A stretch of 64,000 nt of DNA, from contig NW_026928165.1 of assembly GCF_032062105.1 (NCBI RefSeq), forward strand, positions 62,001 to 126,000, in the 5' to 3' direction. This DNA is from Saccostrea cucullata. Taxonomy: Eukaryota. The notes beneath the pieces are model-generated. The model saw nothing but the letters and a program-made list of their open reading frames with translations. It made no database searches and was not told the DNA's origin. Within the stretch, counting starts at the first letter, position 1. Every line of letters starts with the position of its first letter. Position numbers and translations under genes: made by a program. Positions 50,901-63,221 of this stretch are shown here, in pieces.

Positions 50901-52614
50901 TGACTTTGCCTTACTTAAAGACAACATTCGTTGAGGTGAGCTCTGTAATCTCTGATTACCTATGTTTGTTTCATGATTTAGTTAATCTGAAAAGAATTTT
51001 TAAATAACTATTAAAATTTACTTTCAACTCCATAAGATTCCCAAGTAGACAGGCTACTACAGCATATCAATAATTGGAGCTTTTATATATACATGTAACA
51101 GAATGTCCTTTACTAATTTTTCCTGCAGGTGATGTTTTATATGAAGTGGAATGACTCTGCCCCAGAGACGGGCTCCCTGTCCCCTTCCCCCAGTAGGGAG
51201 GAGCTGTGTCACCCCCTATGTCAGTGTCCAAAGTGTTCAGCCCTCCAACAGGTCAGGCTTATATCTGTAAATCATATAGGTCACTGTAATGGTAACAAAA
51301 AGAATTGGTCATTATTTATTTGATTATCATTAATGCAGAGCTATATTTAAATGTGTGTGAAATCTACAAATTACCCATTCAAAAAATATGTATAGCTAAT
51401 TGCGTTAAACATTAAAAAATAGACCCATTCTTTGACATATTTCTAATAGGAGAATTGGAAGAATTGCAGTTGTAAACATGATACACGTGTCACACTAATC
51501 TAGTATTTCTAATAATTTGCCTCTCTTTTGTAGGGTTCTGTTCCATCAGAAAATGCTTTAAATGTGAATACAGCAGACGAAAAATTGTTCAGACCACTTC
51601 ATAAAGCCTGCCAAGCTCAGAATCTGGAGCTTGTTAAATTGTTCATTGATAAAGGTGCTCAAGTCAATGTCCACACTAAGAAAGGAATAACACCACTACA
51701 CCTAGCTGCCATAAATAAAAGTACTCAGGTTTGTATTTGTTTAATGTAAAAATTTTAATGACATGACTGCTCTAGTTGATGCTTCATTTTTTTTAGTCGG
51801 AAAATAGCTCTTCAGAGCTTATGATTTTTGTTGGTGTACCCAACTTTAAATAAATATTACTTAATTCTCTTCTTTTTCTTTGAAAATTGGCTTTGTACAT
51901 GTTACTTCTGATTTCACTATAATATTTACAAATTTTATTTGTTTCCTAAAATAGTTCTTTTTGAATTCTCTATCATGATCTTAAAACTTGTAGCTGCAAT
52001 GTACCTATAGGTGGCATGCAAAGAAAAGTTTATCATTCATTAGTGTTACATACATGTATTTTGTCCCTAGAGAGACTACCTTGAAATGTTTTCTTTTGAT
52101 AGCTGTTCATGTATATGTAGGTGTTATATTTAGTTTAGATTTAGAATAATTGCCTAATGATTACTTAATTATGATTCTCATCTGCTGTGCACTTAGTCAC
52201 TGGAAATAAAAACTCTTTCTTTGTTTAAGAAGATTAAATTACTTTATTTACACTGATTGTCAATTTTCTTTGGAATTTTATTTACGAAATGAACTGACTC
52301 ATCTAACTTGATTTATTTCATGATATCAAAATTGATTATGAACATTTAGATACTAGTAGTTGTAGAAATGTAAAAGTTTAAATTAGATATTCAATTTGCC
52401 AATGGGTAAATTTTTGTGTGACACAAATATTGCCTCTGATTATAAAGAGAATATCTTACATATTGATCAGTTTTATTACATTTATCTTTATTAGATTGTC
52501 CTTCACCTTCTAAAGCACAATGCCAAGGTCAACGCCAGAGATAACTACGGTGATACGCCTCTACATCTGGCCTGTTATAAGAGCTGTAAGGATACAGTGG
52601 ACTGCCTACTAATG
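35159..52614 (+). CDS. ANKRD27: Ankyrin repeat domain-containing protein 27 (VARP; VPS9 domain, two Zn-fingernails, ankyrin repeats), 22 in-frame exons, 851 codons, 3' end not resolved
   Basis: Exons 35159-35260, 35714-35830, 36116-36172, 36544-36637, 37097-37183, 37308-37402, 37780-37839, 38100-38156, 38525-38798, 41044-41122, 45108-45173, 45389-45476, 45935-45994, 46574-46763, 47028-47167, 47352-47444, 48036-48144, 48561-48721, 49309-49494, 51129-51251, 51534-51728, 52495-52614; all GT-AG with matching phases. Motifs: MDKYDEDIYENPFF, ILFEEAFYN, VPS9 TDEFLP..KSEIPNW, CHPLCSCNKC, CHPLCQCPKC, TPLH ankyrin repeats. Confidence 0.93.
36826..37041. mobile_element. Tc1/mariner-type MITE
   Basis: TA|CTGTAAATTCCT...AGGAATATACAG|TA. 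Confidence 0.7.
40152..40359. mobile_element. Tc1/mariner-type MITE
   Basis: TA|CTGTATATGGGG...CCCTGTATACAG|TA; internal GGGCGAAAATAA repeats. Confidence 0.75.
41180..41759. mobile_element. Non-autonomous TIR element (Kolobok-like ends)
   Basis: TIR AAAGAAGAAGGTACRGTTT at both ends; internal inverted CTGCCACCGTCGCCC / GGGCGACGGTGGCAG. Confidence 0.65.
41776..42852 (+). mobile_element. Helentron-associated non-autonomous element (HINE) with internal ~167-bp satellite array
   Basis: TTTTTAGCTTACCTGAGC start, (GTCC/GTCT)n, ~5 tandem ~167-bp repeats, GCTCAGGTGAG sub-TIR and GGCCCATGGGCC 3' palindrome. Confidence 0.88.
42992..45012. mobile_element. Kolobok-type non-autonomous DNA transposon
   Basis: TTAA|GGTAGGTCGCGGGTTTGCT ... 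AGTAAACCTGCGACCTACC|TTAA (19-bp TIR, 2 mismatches). Confidence 0.8.
43512..43762 (-). mobile_element. tRNA-derived SINE nested in the Kolobok element, 12-bp TSD
   Basis: GTAGCACCATGA at 43500-43511 and 43763-43774; B-box; (AATC)n tail. Confidence 0.88.
49511..50965 (+). mobile_element. Second HINE family with internal ~148-bp tandem repeats
   Basis: TTTTTAGCTCACCTCAA start, GTCGGC repeats, ~6-8 units of ~148 bp, TTGAGGTGAGCT sub-TIR and GTAATC..GATTAC hairpin. Confidence 0.82.
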
Positions 52615-53851
52615 GTAAAGATATGGAGAATTTTTTTGAAAATTAAATATCAAATGATTTTGCTGTTGGTAAATCACTGACAGTTTTCACTTTTGACATT
52701 ATACTGACAGGTAGTTTCAAGGATTTCCTTTCTTTAATCATGTGATTCAATCATTGCCATTGGATGCACATGCAGTTGCTTTGGAATTTTTACCTTTTAG
52801 GAATCCAATAAAAAAACAAAACAAAAGAGAGAATTTTACTGATTCACCTGAAGGGAAAAAACATGCAGTTGATAAAGAGTATTTTAAATGTCAGAGCATG
52901 TTTAAGTCCTACAGTTTTCAACTTTGGATTTTGATATTTATGCTATCAACTTATCACAGATTGGTTGTATCATATGAACCTTGATTTGTTTAGATCAATG
53001 AACTGTTTCCTTCATTATGGTTATTTTTATGCTAAAAGTTAAGCTTGTTTGAAACAAGAATCTATATTGAGAAGTCCAAGGTAACATTTATCAATACAGA
53101 ACTTTGTAATACAATGCTTTGCTTAGAGACAAATATAAATGACTCTCTTGGGGGTTGTATTTTAATCTAAGTATTTTGAGGAGAATGACAAAGTACCCAG
53201 ATATATACAATCTGTAATTGTATATGCAATTAGACAGATGGGTTATGGATTTCTTCTCTAAATTGTGAATAAGTTCAGAATATGATTAACATAAGGTCAA
53301 GATCTAGTAAATGAAAGGTGCCTACAGATTTTTCAAATTTAAGAAATTAATTCCTTTAATTATTCTTTATAATTTTAGCTTGGTCAAAATAGATGTTTCA
53401 GGGCATAATTTGTAGAAAAACAAGATGAAAAACCATATTTTAAACTGTCGTTTTCAATGCAAAATTAAGAAAACCAGTATTGAAAATGGGAGTTTTTTCC
53501 ATATCAGGCAAAGAAAATGTATCCAGATTGCCTACAGTTTTTCAGAAAACGGTAATTTGTATGTTCTTGTTCTTACTTTAAAATAATGTCAAATTTAGGA
53601 TAGGTGTCGGGACTACTTTTCATGTGATTTCAAATTGAATTTCATGGAAATACTTTATTTTCTACATAATTCTGTTAGAGCCGTAAAGTACGGGAAAAAG
53701 AAAGTTGAAAGTCATGATTATGACGTCATAATGAATTTAGCACTGAAAAGTTATTCTAAAGTCATTTACTAGATCTTGACCTTAAGTACATGTATATAAT
53801 TAACTGACAAGTGACCTTGAATTACAATTTAAATATAAACATGAGGAAGTA

Positions 53852-54007
53852 CAGTGGAGCCTCGTTTATCCGGACGCTTTGGTTCCTAGTTAATTTGTCT
53901 GGATATGTGAAGTGTCAGATACCTGAATTACCAGTTAAACAAGATATAATAAAGTTTAAAAAATTCTGTTCCGATGAAAAATCATCCGGATATCTTAAGG
54001 TCCACTG
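53852..54007. mobile_element. Tc1/pogo-type MITE
   Basis: TA|CAGTGGA...TCCACTG|TA with internal ATCCGGA repeats. Confidence 0.7.
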
Positions 54008-55319
54008 TAAATGCCAGTAATGTGTAGATATAAACAAAAATGTTTGCCATTCTGAATATGATATTCTTTGTTTTATGGTTGCTCTACATATCTTCTTCAA
54101 TTTTCTTTAATCATAATTCAGTTAAAACTTTATGTTTTGTCTTTGTCCCACGCAAGTGAGATTTTCTGATGACAAAGCTATAATAATCCAATCAGTCTTT
54201 TATTGTGCTGTGTGCAGAGTGCATGAACATCTGAATTTCTTCACATTTTATTATCAATTAAAGAACCCTCTTTCATCCTGTGGTACTGTAGACTTTTTTT
54301 TTCTGTATGGGATTTATTTCCGCTATGTACACGAACACAATTTTTCAGTGGAAGTTTGTCACAGCGTACTAAAGATTCCTTAAGGACTTATAATGACAAT
54401 CCAGGATATGCATAACATCTGAATTTCTAGAAATTTTTTTTTATTAATTGACCCCGTGGAATTAAGCACTTTTACAGTATATGACATTTTTGAACTTAAA
54501 TTGTAAATTTCATGTACCTTTCCTCTCGTATTTGTAAAATGGGACCATAAAATCAATAGAGGTTTGCAATCTTTAAAAATCCCTCTTTACTTTTGGACAA
54601 CTACATGTACATGAAGCAGACACTTTGAGACAAATTGTGTGCATTATTACATGGACTAATTAGCCCTCAATCCGAATTGCATAATTCATTTCCCCATAAA
54701 GTCCATGTTTCAAACCCTATTTCGGTGTTAAATTGTTTATTTTTGAAAAAAAAAAAAATTCAGACTTAAAGAATTTTTTTTTTACCACATACATCCAGTA
54801 GATCATCTGTTTAATTAATTGATGATGTTTAGCAGCTACCTGTTTTCTGTACTTATGAAGTTTCAATGCACGTTTATTATAAACATTAAAATTCAAGTAT
54901 TCTGTAGTTGGGGTTAAGACCCAAGAGTTTGGCCATTTGTCATTCATGGGCATTCTCAGGTAAATATAAAGGGTTATGTTTCATGTTCTTTATAAGTCTG
55001 TTCTGTTGTTGAAGATCAGATCTACAGTTATGAGCTGAGAGTTGATCCTAAAGTTATGCCACAACTGCTGTAAAATCTTTAATAATCAAAATATCAATAA
55101 AATTTTAAGTGTAAATACCTTTATCTATTATAACTTAACTTTTGCCTTAAGATTTCATTCAGTTATATGCAATACCTTCTGAAATATTCCAATAATGACA
55201 ATGTAAGGTCTTGTCTTTCGATGTCACTGCACAGCAATACTAAGTGACATCAATATGATGTTTTACTTTAGTATTCATTTTCAATTCATCCATAAATCTA
55301 GTAAATGTCTCTCATATAT

Positions 55320-57000
55320 GTTTCACTTTACTGGTCCCTGCAGACAAAGCAGGAAACATTATTGTCTTTGTAAGGCTCATTAATCATTATACAAAAATGT
55401 ATTTTAGAGGAACCTCGGATTTAATTCTACAAGTGGGATTCATAATTCCCTTTTCTAAAGAAGAAATTCTTTAAAATCATATGTCAGTTTTGAATATTTT
55501 TAATATTCAAAACAAACAAAATGAATTTGAATTACCATATCTTATACTGAAAATCTTACAAACAAAGATCTCATAGTTCTCCTTTTCCTCACTAAGATAT
55601 TAACAAGAAAGAAATTCAATATATTCAAGAAGAGGTGTAAATCAGATATGAATACTAAAAACTTCCAAGGAACTTTTGCAAAAATATTTTTAATATTCCA
55701 AACAAACAAAATGAATTTGAATTACCATATCAATATTGGATTCCGATACTCCTTGAAAATCTTACAAACAAAGATACAGAGGGGGTTCCAGTAAATGTTC
55801 TACCAAGTCTCTTTCTTTGCTCCTCACTAAGATATTAACAGTAGTGAAGGAGAAACTTCAAGAGTACTGTGCAACAATATATTCAAGAAGAGGTGTAAAT
55901 CAGATATGAATACTAAAAACTTCCAAGGAACTTTTGGAACATTTGAAACCACAAAATTTTACCAGAATCAACAATATAAAAACTTACGACTTTTCAACTT
56001 TATATACAACCATTCCCCATGATTTATTAAAGTCCAGGCTTTTTGATATCATTGACAGCTGCTTTTTTAATAAAAATGGAACTCGTAAATTTACTTATCT
56101 TGTCATTGGTCATTAGCAAAATTATTTTGTTAAAAAACATTCTGATTCTAAACACAAGAACTCTGAAGTTGAAATTGAAAAGATGCTGGAGTTTCTGATT
56201 GACAAATCTTTGTGGTTTTTGAGACTATGTCATCCAACAATCTTTTGGAATTCCCATGGGTACCAATAACGCCCTGTTATTAGCAGACCTATTTTTGTAT
56301 TCATATGAAGCAGAATTTGTCCAAAATCTTGTATATGAAAAGAAGACAACACTTACTGTGGCGTTCAACTCGACATTTAGATATATCGATGACGTATTGT
56401 CAATTAACAATGGTTATTTCCATTCTTATGTCGAAACGATATATCCTGGTGAGCTTGAAATAAAAGATACCACAGAATTTGACATACCATTTTCATATTT
56501 AGATATATTTAACTTGAAAGAAACGCTCATGGTAATCTAACAACCAAGCTTTATGATGACTTTAACTTTTCAACAAGGTACATGTACCTTCAACACCTTG
56601 ATTTGATACACAAGAGCATGTTCTACCTATGAACAATTTCTAAAACGTGGTAAATTATTGACAAACAAGTTGCTAAAACAAGTATATCAGCAGTCTCATT
56701 TAAAGTCATCATTTCATAATTCTTTGGTCGATACAATGACCAAATGCTGATTGATGGTTTTCATACTGTTTGTTAGGCCATTATTTACACACTTGGTTGT
56801 CGACAATTTCTTTCCGTTATTTCCCGATCATGACAAGGAGCAAACGGCGGGTGTGACCAGTCGACAGGGGATGCCCACTCCTCCATGGTACCTGATCCCA
56901 TTTCTCATGTTATGCAGGTCCGAGTTTGCTCTGCTCCTAATTTTATTGTTTAATGAACTTTTGAGCTTGAATCTGTTCGTTAATAATTATTTCCATATAT
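55320..57000 (+). mobile_element. Decayed Penelope-like retroelement (RT fragment plus conserved 3' tail)
   Basis: VPADKA, TYDFSTLYTTIPH, GIPMGTN.A.LLADLFLYSYE and FRYIDD motifs broken by stops and frameshifts. Confidence 0.85.
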
Positions 57001-57858
57001 TTCATGTACACCCTAAAGCTACTTTGAGCTATTTCATAAAAAATATTTTAAATCCCTATAATGCATTAGCATATTTATTTGGCTGTAGGTACTTATGTGT
57101 AGATTAAGTATCGGATTTCAGAAATGTCTTGGAATGCTTTTTCTCCACACACTTTCTTCTCTCTGGCATCTGTCTACCTTTCGATTTCCATTTACCATCT
57201 TTGTTACAGTGTTATGAAAAGCATTTTAAAAAATTCTTTAATGATAAACATTTCTCTTATAAGTAATCGATGAGTGAATGATTGGACATTTTACGTTACC
57301 TGAAGTTGTCTCTGACGGTACATAAAATCTGCGAAAAGGGATTGAATTTAGAAATAACATTTTGACATAGTTCAAATAATGTTATATGTACAGCTAAAAT
57401 CAAGACGCTTTATAGTAAAATGAGAATAAATGTTATTAAAAAGAATCAAGGGAGAGATTAAAAAACTTTAAGCAGATAAACTGAAATTGAGTGCCGAACA
57501 ATAAGCATCATAAAGGAGCGGACGTCGGCAACACTCTTGCTTCAAGCGGCGATAAACAAACCCTAGCATTAACTTTATTACTCTAATATGTTTAATAGTA
57601 TTGAAATTCTTAGGCTAAATCAAAACACACCGGGGCATCTATATGTAAAATTTTATTCATAACATTCGATATCTTAAGGATTTTACTGCAGTTGTGGCAT
57701 TACTTTTGGATGAACCCTTATTTTTCTAATGAGCCCAATGTTATCTTTATAAGTCGGTTTTGTTTGCCTATAAAGTCAAAAGTCAGGATGCATTTAGGCT
57801 CTTTATGTTTCACTATAATTATCCTGTTGTGCATTTGTCAGTTTTTTTTCTTTGAATC

Positions 57859-58220
57859 CAGGCACGTAGCATCGTTTTTGAAAGTGGGAGGGGGGGGGGC
57901 AGCCAGACAATTTTTTTTTACTTACCTGGAAAGGTTGACAAGAAAAAAAAAAACAACAAAAAAACAAAAAACAACCATTGCCCAAACTCGAAAATCCTAT
58001 TTCGTGAGGAGGAGGAAGGGAGGGGGGTTGAGGCCAACTTTTTTCAGATGCTGACTTCTTTCAGTACCAATTTTTTTGCATACAATACTGCATTTCCCTT
58101 ATATTACTTTACTGCAGTTTTAACTAAGGGGGGGGGGCTGTATATCAGTGAACATTTTCAATAGTAAAAGTACTGTTGGGAAAAAGGGGGAGGGCTGGCC
58201 CCCCTGTTGCTACGTGCCTG
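57859..58220. mobile_element. MITE with 13-bp TIR and 5-bp TSD
   Basis: GAATC|CAGGCACGTAGCA...TGCTACGTGCCTG|GAATC. Confidence 0.82.
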
Positions 58221-59164
58221 GAATCTATGTGCATGAAATAAGGTGTGTAGATTCAGAGATCAAATATACTAATAATTAATCTTGATAAGATTTGTTGTAT
58301 CTCTGCATTTTTCTTCGTGATTTAGGAACAATTTATATAACCTTTATATAACCCTGTTAACATCAATAATTATAGCAAAGACATTGAAGATGAGTATGAA
58401 CAAACATTTTTGCGCTATGACTAATTTTCAGACATATTGCGGTTTAGGTTTGTCTTTATGAATGTAAAGCAATTTAGTCTATGATTACTCAGAATGTAGA
58501 TTTCGTTATATTTCCTAGAGGTTCTTGATTTGAATTTCAAATATTTTATCTGCACAAATTTTGTCCAATTCTTGGATGACCTGTTTGCCTTTGGTTAATA
58601 TTGAAATCGTTCAGCATTACGTAGCAAACTCGAAAGAGAAATTACATAGATTAATTTACATTTTTGTCAGCTGCAAGTGTTGCTGTTGTGAAATTAAAGT
58701 TGTACTTGGAAGATATAATTTGCATTCTCTAAAGGGTTACATTTAATAAATTTTTTACCGTAGTCGGTAATATTATTTAAATTCTCATTCCAAAACTCAC
58801 AGTAATTTGTCCCCAAGTTCTTGTGTGGCCTATAGAAATTAAGGTGCTATTAATAAGCATAAAAAACCGTAATATACTAGTAATTGCAAATACCACCTCA
58901 TAAGTAGATCCTGTAGGTATAATATTTATTACAAATTATCTTCATCTTTTGCAATTTTTTTGTATAGTTATCAAACATTAGCAAATGGTAGCTTATTCAT
59001 AAAATAGATGATTATTGTACCCATGTAAATATTTCTGTGATTGGTTATAATTACACGTGCGCATGTCCTCTATCACTAGCGTGAAATATAAAAAAAGTAA
59101 AGATAGGGCCTAACGAACAGCGGTGGACCTAACAAAAATCCACAAATAATATAAAATGTGTTAA

Positions 59165-59370
59165 GAGGGGCATAAAACACGGACCTCTGGAAATTCCAGA
59201 AGTGGGATCAGGTGCCTAGGAGGAGTAAACATCCCCTGTTGACCAATCACACCCTCCGTGAGTCCTGTGTATATTGATCAGGCAGCCGGAACTTTCCATA
59301 GTCAAACTCAGTATAAAGAAAAAAAAAAGGCCTAACAATATGAACAACGTCAGCCAAAATGAGACCCAAA
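59165..59370 (-). mobile_element. Penelope-like 3' tail fragment (a shorter one lies at ~35575-35627)
   Basis: Reverse complement matches 56843-56925 (GGGTGTGA..CAGGGGATG..ACTCCTCC..ACCTGATCCCA). Confidence 0.6.
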
Positions 59371-59707
59371 TGCAAATAATGTCTTTATAAAGACCAGAGA
59401 AATTACGAAAAGTGTGTTTTAATTTTGCATGCTGATTTAATTAAAACTGATATTTCACTCATTGTTGTGCTATTGGTTTTAATTAGCGAATTAGTAATCG
59501 TGTTCTCCTGTTAAAAACTAGTTTCCCTAACTGGAACGGAGAGATGCCTTTTAAAAAGCAATCGTGCTATTTGTTAATTATATGTAAGTAAGGGAATTAG
59601 ATTTCGCTCACCAGTTTTTTGGTACCTGATTAGATGGAGAATGTAAAAAAAGTCAGCTAAAAATAAGTTCATTGAAGAATAATAGATAAAGGAATGCTTT
59701 GTAGTTC

Positions 59708-59709
<2 letters not shown>

Positions 59710-59772
<63 letters not shown>
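59710..59772. repeat. (GA)~31 microsatellite
   Basis: Pure GA run. Confidence 0.95.
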
Positions 59773-59776
<4 letters not shown>

Positions 59777-59854
59777 AGCTGTGGAGCTTTTGGCGGAAGG
59801 GGCCTATCCATTAGCCAAAAATAAAGAAGGCCTCACTCCTTTTGATTTAACTAA
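59772..59854 (+). CDS. Orphan ankyrin-repeat exon fragment, probably from ANKRD27
   Basis: DEAVELLAEGAYPLAKNKEGLTPFDLTK followed by the donor AG|GTAAGA; the 5' part is occupied by (GA)n. Confidence 0.55.
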
Positions 59855-61085
59855 GGTAAGAGTTAATTTGGTTTTGAAAATTTTCTACTAGGTGGAAATT
59901 TAATTTTGAAAAATTATTCTTACATAGGGATAATAAATGGAAAATTAATACCGATATTTTACATACAAATTTATCTGCAAACATAAAAATTAACACACAT
60001 TGGAAACAAAAATAATTTTCTCCAATATTTATCGATCGAAATACTGGTAGCTATACCAAATTCACATCTGGAACAATTTAAAAATTTGGAGGAAAAATAC
60101 GCACTTTATAGTAATTGTGTCATTACTTTCCGATCCCTCGTAAACCGATTGCATGCCACAATTTAGCAAAATTATATTAACCCCCTCCCCCTTCCTCTTC
60201 TCTCAGATAGAAGAATATATATATACAATGTACCAACATTCATACAAGACATTTGACGTAATTTACTCGTAAGTTACATTGTAAAAAATATACTTGCAAT
60301 TGAATTTGACTTATCTAGCAGCACAGAAATCAAAATTTAGGAAACACTACTTCTTTCCCTTGTTGATTCCAAAAAAAGTAAACAAGGAATACTTCCAAAG
60401 ATTAGGGTGCCTGTACAGTGATATAAAGGCAGTCACAGTTTATTTTAAAAAATGAAATATGATTGAACAATCATTGAAAATAAGTTGCAAAGTCAATCTT
60501 TAGTCAGTCAAAATTTCATTTTGTTATACCCTTATAAATAGCTTTCTTTATATTTATTACTAATAAAAAGTCCAACAAAAGAAATGTTTATTACATCGGT
60601 CTAACAATTTCATTGTTGACTGGCTTGCCGGTCCAACATCAGAATTGTTAGACCGCAACGTCACTGCTACGTCACAAGTAATTAATTATCGTTCAATATC
60701 GGCGACACGGAAATAGCCGAAGTTAAGACCTGCAAGAGTTGTTGCTACCAGCAAAGTAAGGTAGAAGAGAAGAGTATGTTTTGTAATAAATAATTTTTGT
60801 GATATAATAAAAATATAATTAATTTTATTCTTTCTCAGCTATTGTTTTATATTTTCTGATTAAGCCATAATTTTCCATATAAAGTAATGGATAATATAGT
60901 GTGTATTGATTAAAACTTAAATGAGCACTGAAGGGTATAACAAAACAGTTATAGATTTGGATTCGGGAACATATGATTTGTTGGACCTGAAGGTGAAAAT
61001 GTTGCCCGAGGCCTGCGCCCTCGGGCAACATTTTCACCTTCAGGTCAACAACAAACATATGTTGCCCTCATACCCAGTCAATAAC

Positions 61086-62335
61086 TACGATGGCCGATAT
61101 CAGCCATGACAGTCTACATACAAATTTAAGGGTAGCGTGTCAGTGAATTGTTTTACATGGCAGTCTAACCTTAACGCAAAGTGACAAAATGTACAAGCTG
61201 TCATTTGGTGATGTCAAGTTTCTGTGGCAGGACACGCTTTTCTTTTCGTAAAAAGTACAGCGTGTCCATACAACTTTGCTTGATGACACTTTACACTTAA
61301 GTGCAATTGAAATACTTTATATTCAAAAAATAAATAAATGAATAAATAAAAACAAAAAGATAAGATCAACCAACCAGCATGGGGGAACTTTTAACACTGA
61401 GAAAGTTCAGATTCTGAGACTTTATTGCGGTCGCGATCGGGGCCGAAATGATTATTAACATAATATATAATCTTTAAAGTAAAAAAATAAATAAATAATA
61501 ACCAATTTTCTAAAATTCTTTTAATATGGCATTGCTTGCAGGTGTTATCTACCCTCTTAGTATTCTGAGGATTCATTTCGTCATCCATTTTGTTGATCAA
61601 AACTTGAAAACTTTGTGAAAAAAATTCTCAAAGGAATGCAATGATATGTGATTGGTTGATTGATTGATTTTATACGTCCAATTCAAGAATTTTTCACTCA
61701 TATAGAGAAGTCACAATATACCCGTGATGGGCTCCAAAAGTTGACCTTTACTTGACACTCAGGGCCATAGATTTGAACATATTTTATTATGTAATAAATA
61801 CATAAATGAATTAGGCAGCAGGTATAGCCACAGGTACAGGTATAGCCACAGGTACAAGTTTAATCAAAATACATTATACTACATATAGTTAAAGGTTCAT
61901 ACATGTATACATATCACCAATAAGTTAAGTTAAAGTTAAGTAACACAAAATTGGATGGACGCATATGTTAACATCGTGACCGCAATAAACATGATAAAGT
62001 TCTCAGAATCTGAATTTTCTCAGTGTTAATAGTTCCCCCATGCTGGTGGGTTGATTTCATCGTTTTGTTTTTATTTATTCATTTATTTATTTTTTGGGAT
62101 ATAAAGTATTTTAATTGCACTTAAGTGAAAATTGTCATCAAGCAAAGTTGAATGAACACGCTGTACACTTTACGAAAAGCAAAGCGTGTCCTGCCACAGT
62201 AACTTGACATCACCAAATGACAGCTTGTACATTTTGTCACTTTGTGTTAAGGTTAGACTGCCATGTAAAACAATTCACTGACTCGCTACCCTTAAATTTG
62301 TATGTAGACTGTCATGGCTGATATCGGTCATTGTG
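61086..62335. mobile_element. Non-autonomous DNA transposon with ~350-bp TIRs and CACRATG-type ends (Transib/Chapaev/RAG-like)
   Basis: Arms 61086-61437 and 61973-62335 are inverted copies; the right end reads CACAATG and the left (C/T)ACGATG; target duplication AATAA(C). Confidence 0.75.
61650..61770 (-). mobile_element. SINE 3' fragment nested inside the long-TIR element
   Basis: (GATT)n + AGAATTTTTCACTCATATAGAGA matches the SINE tail. Confidence 0.6.
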
Positions 62336-63221
62336 AATAACTGTATATCAATGTCACTTCTAAATACATGTATAGGAAAAGCTATATTTTGTCGAGTGCA
62401 GAATGCAGTTCTCTTTGATATTCAAAAACTGTCTCCGTTTTTCGAGGTTATCTTACAACAGTTGTGAGTAATGACAAAGTTGACAGTGCCTATATATCCC
62501 ATAGCTGGTGTATTGAACTGATTTTTTTCAAACACCATCAATTGACGCAGATATAAAATAGATATAAAAGTTTTATACATATATATACTTTTGTACCTAA
62601 AATAATCTAAGTAAATTATTCAGTTCACAGTGAAAAAGTACAAATAAAGGAGATAGCAGCCACGCAACAATATTTGGCATTTGATCTTACCAATACCAAT
62701 TAAAAACGACACATTCTGAAAAGCTACGAAATCGGAAATTTGATAATTTTTAAAACGTGGTTATGCTAAATTGGAAACAGCGACAAAGGTTGAAGCACGT
62801 GACAAATTATATGACAGTTAGTGCGTTATCTTACAGTACTTGAGTGGAGCTACAATAGAATTAGGCGACAGACGTGTTCCGACAGAGGAGAAAAAAAGGC
62901 CCGTAGAAAGTTTTATGTAAATCATTTTTAAGTATAATTTCTGTCGCCCTAATTAAAATATATCCCTTCTACCGGCTAAACCCCTGTCGGAAATGCGGTT
63001 GATGAACATCGTTAAATTCGGTTCATTCGCATCGGTTTTGTAACAAACAAGAAATAGGTTAATGCTTGAACAAAAAAATCTTTATTCTTTCATTATTTGA
63101 GCAGATAGAAACATTAATGGTGATAAAATAACAGTGTTGCGACATCCGCTTGATTAGTCATGTCAGAGGTGTTATGGAATCGGTGGGAAATTGATCTAAT
63201 ATTGTTGAAGGAAATTTCATC

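Larger units (their letters stand above)
60521..62348. mobile_element. Second copy of the 12957-13514 palindromic repeat, interrupted near its end
   Basis: Colinear with copy 1 to 61085; resumes AATAACTGTATAT at 62336. Confidence 0.75.
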
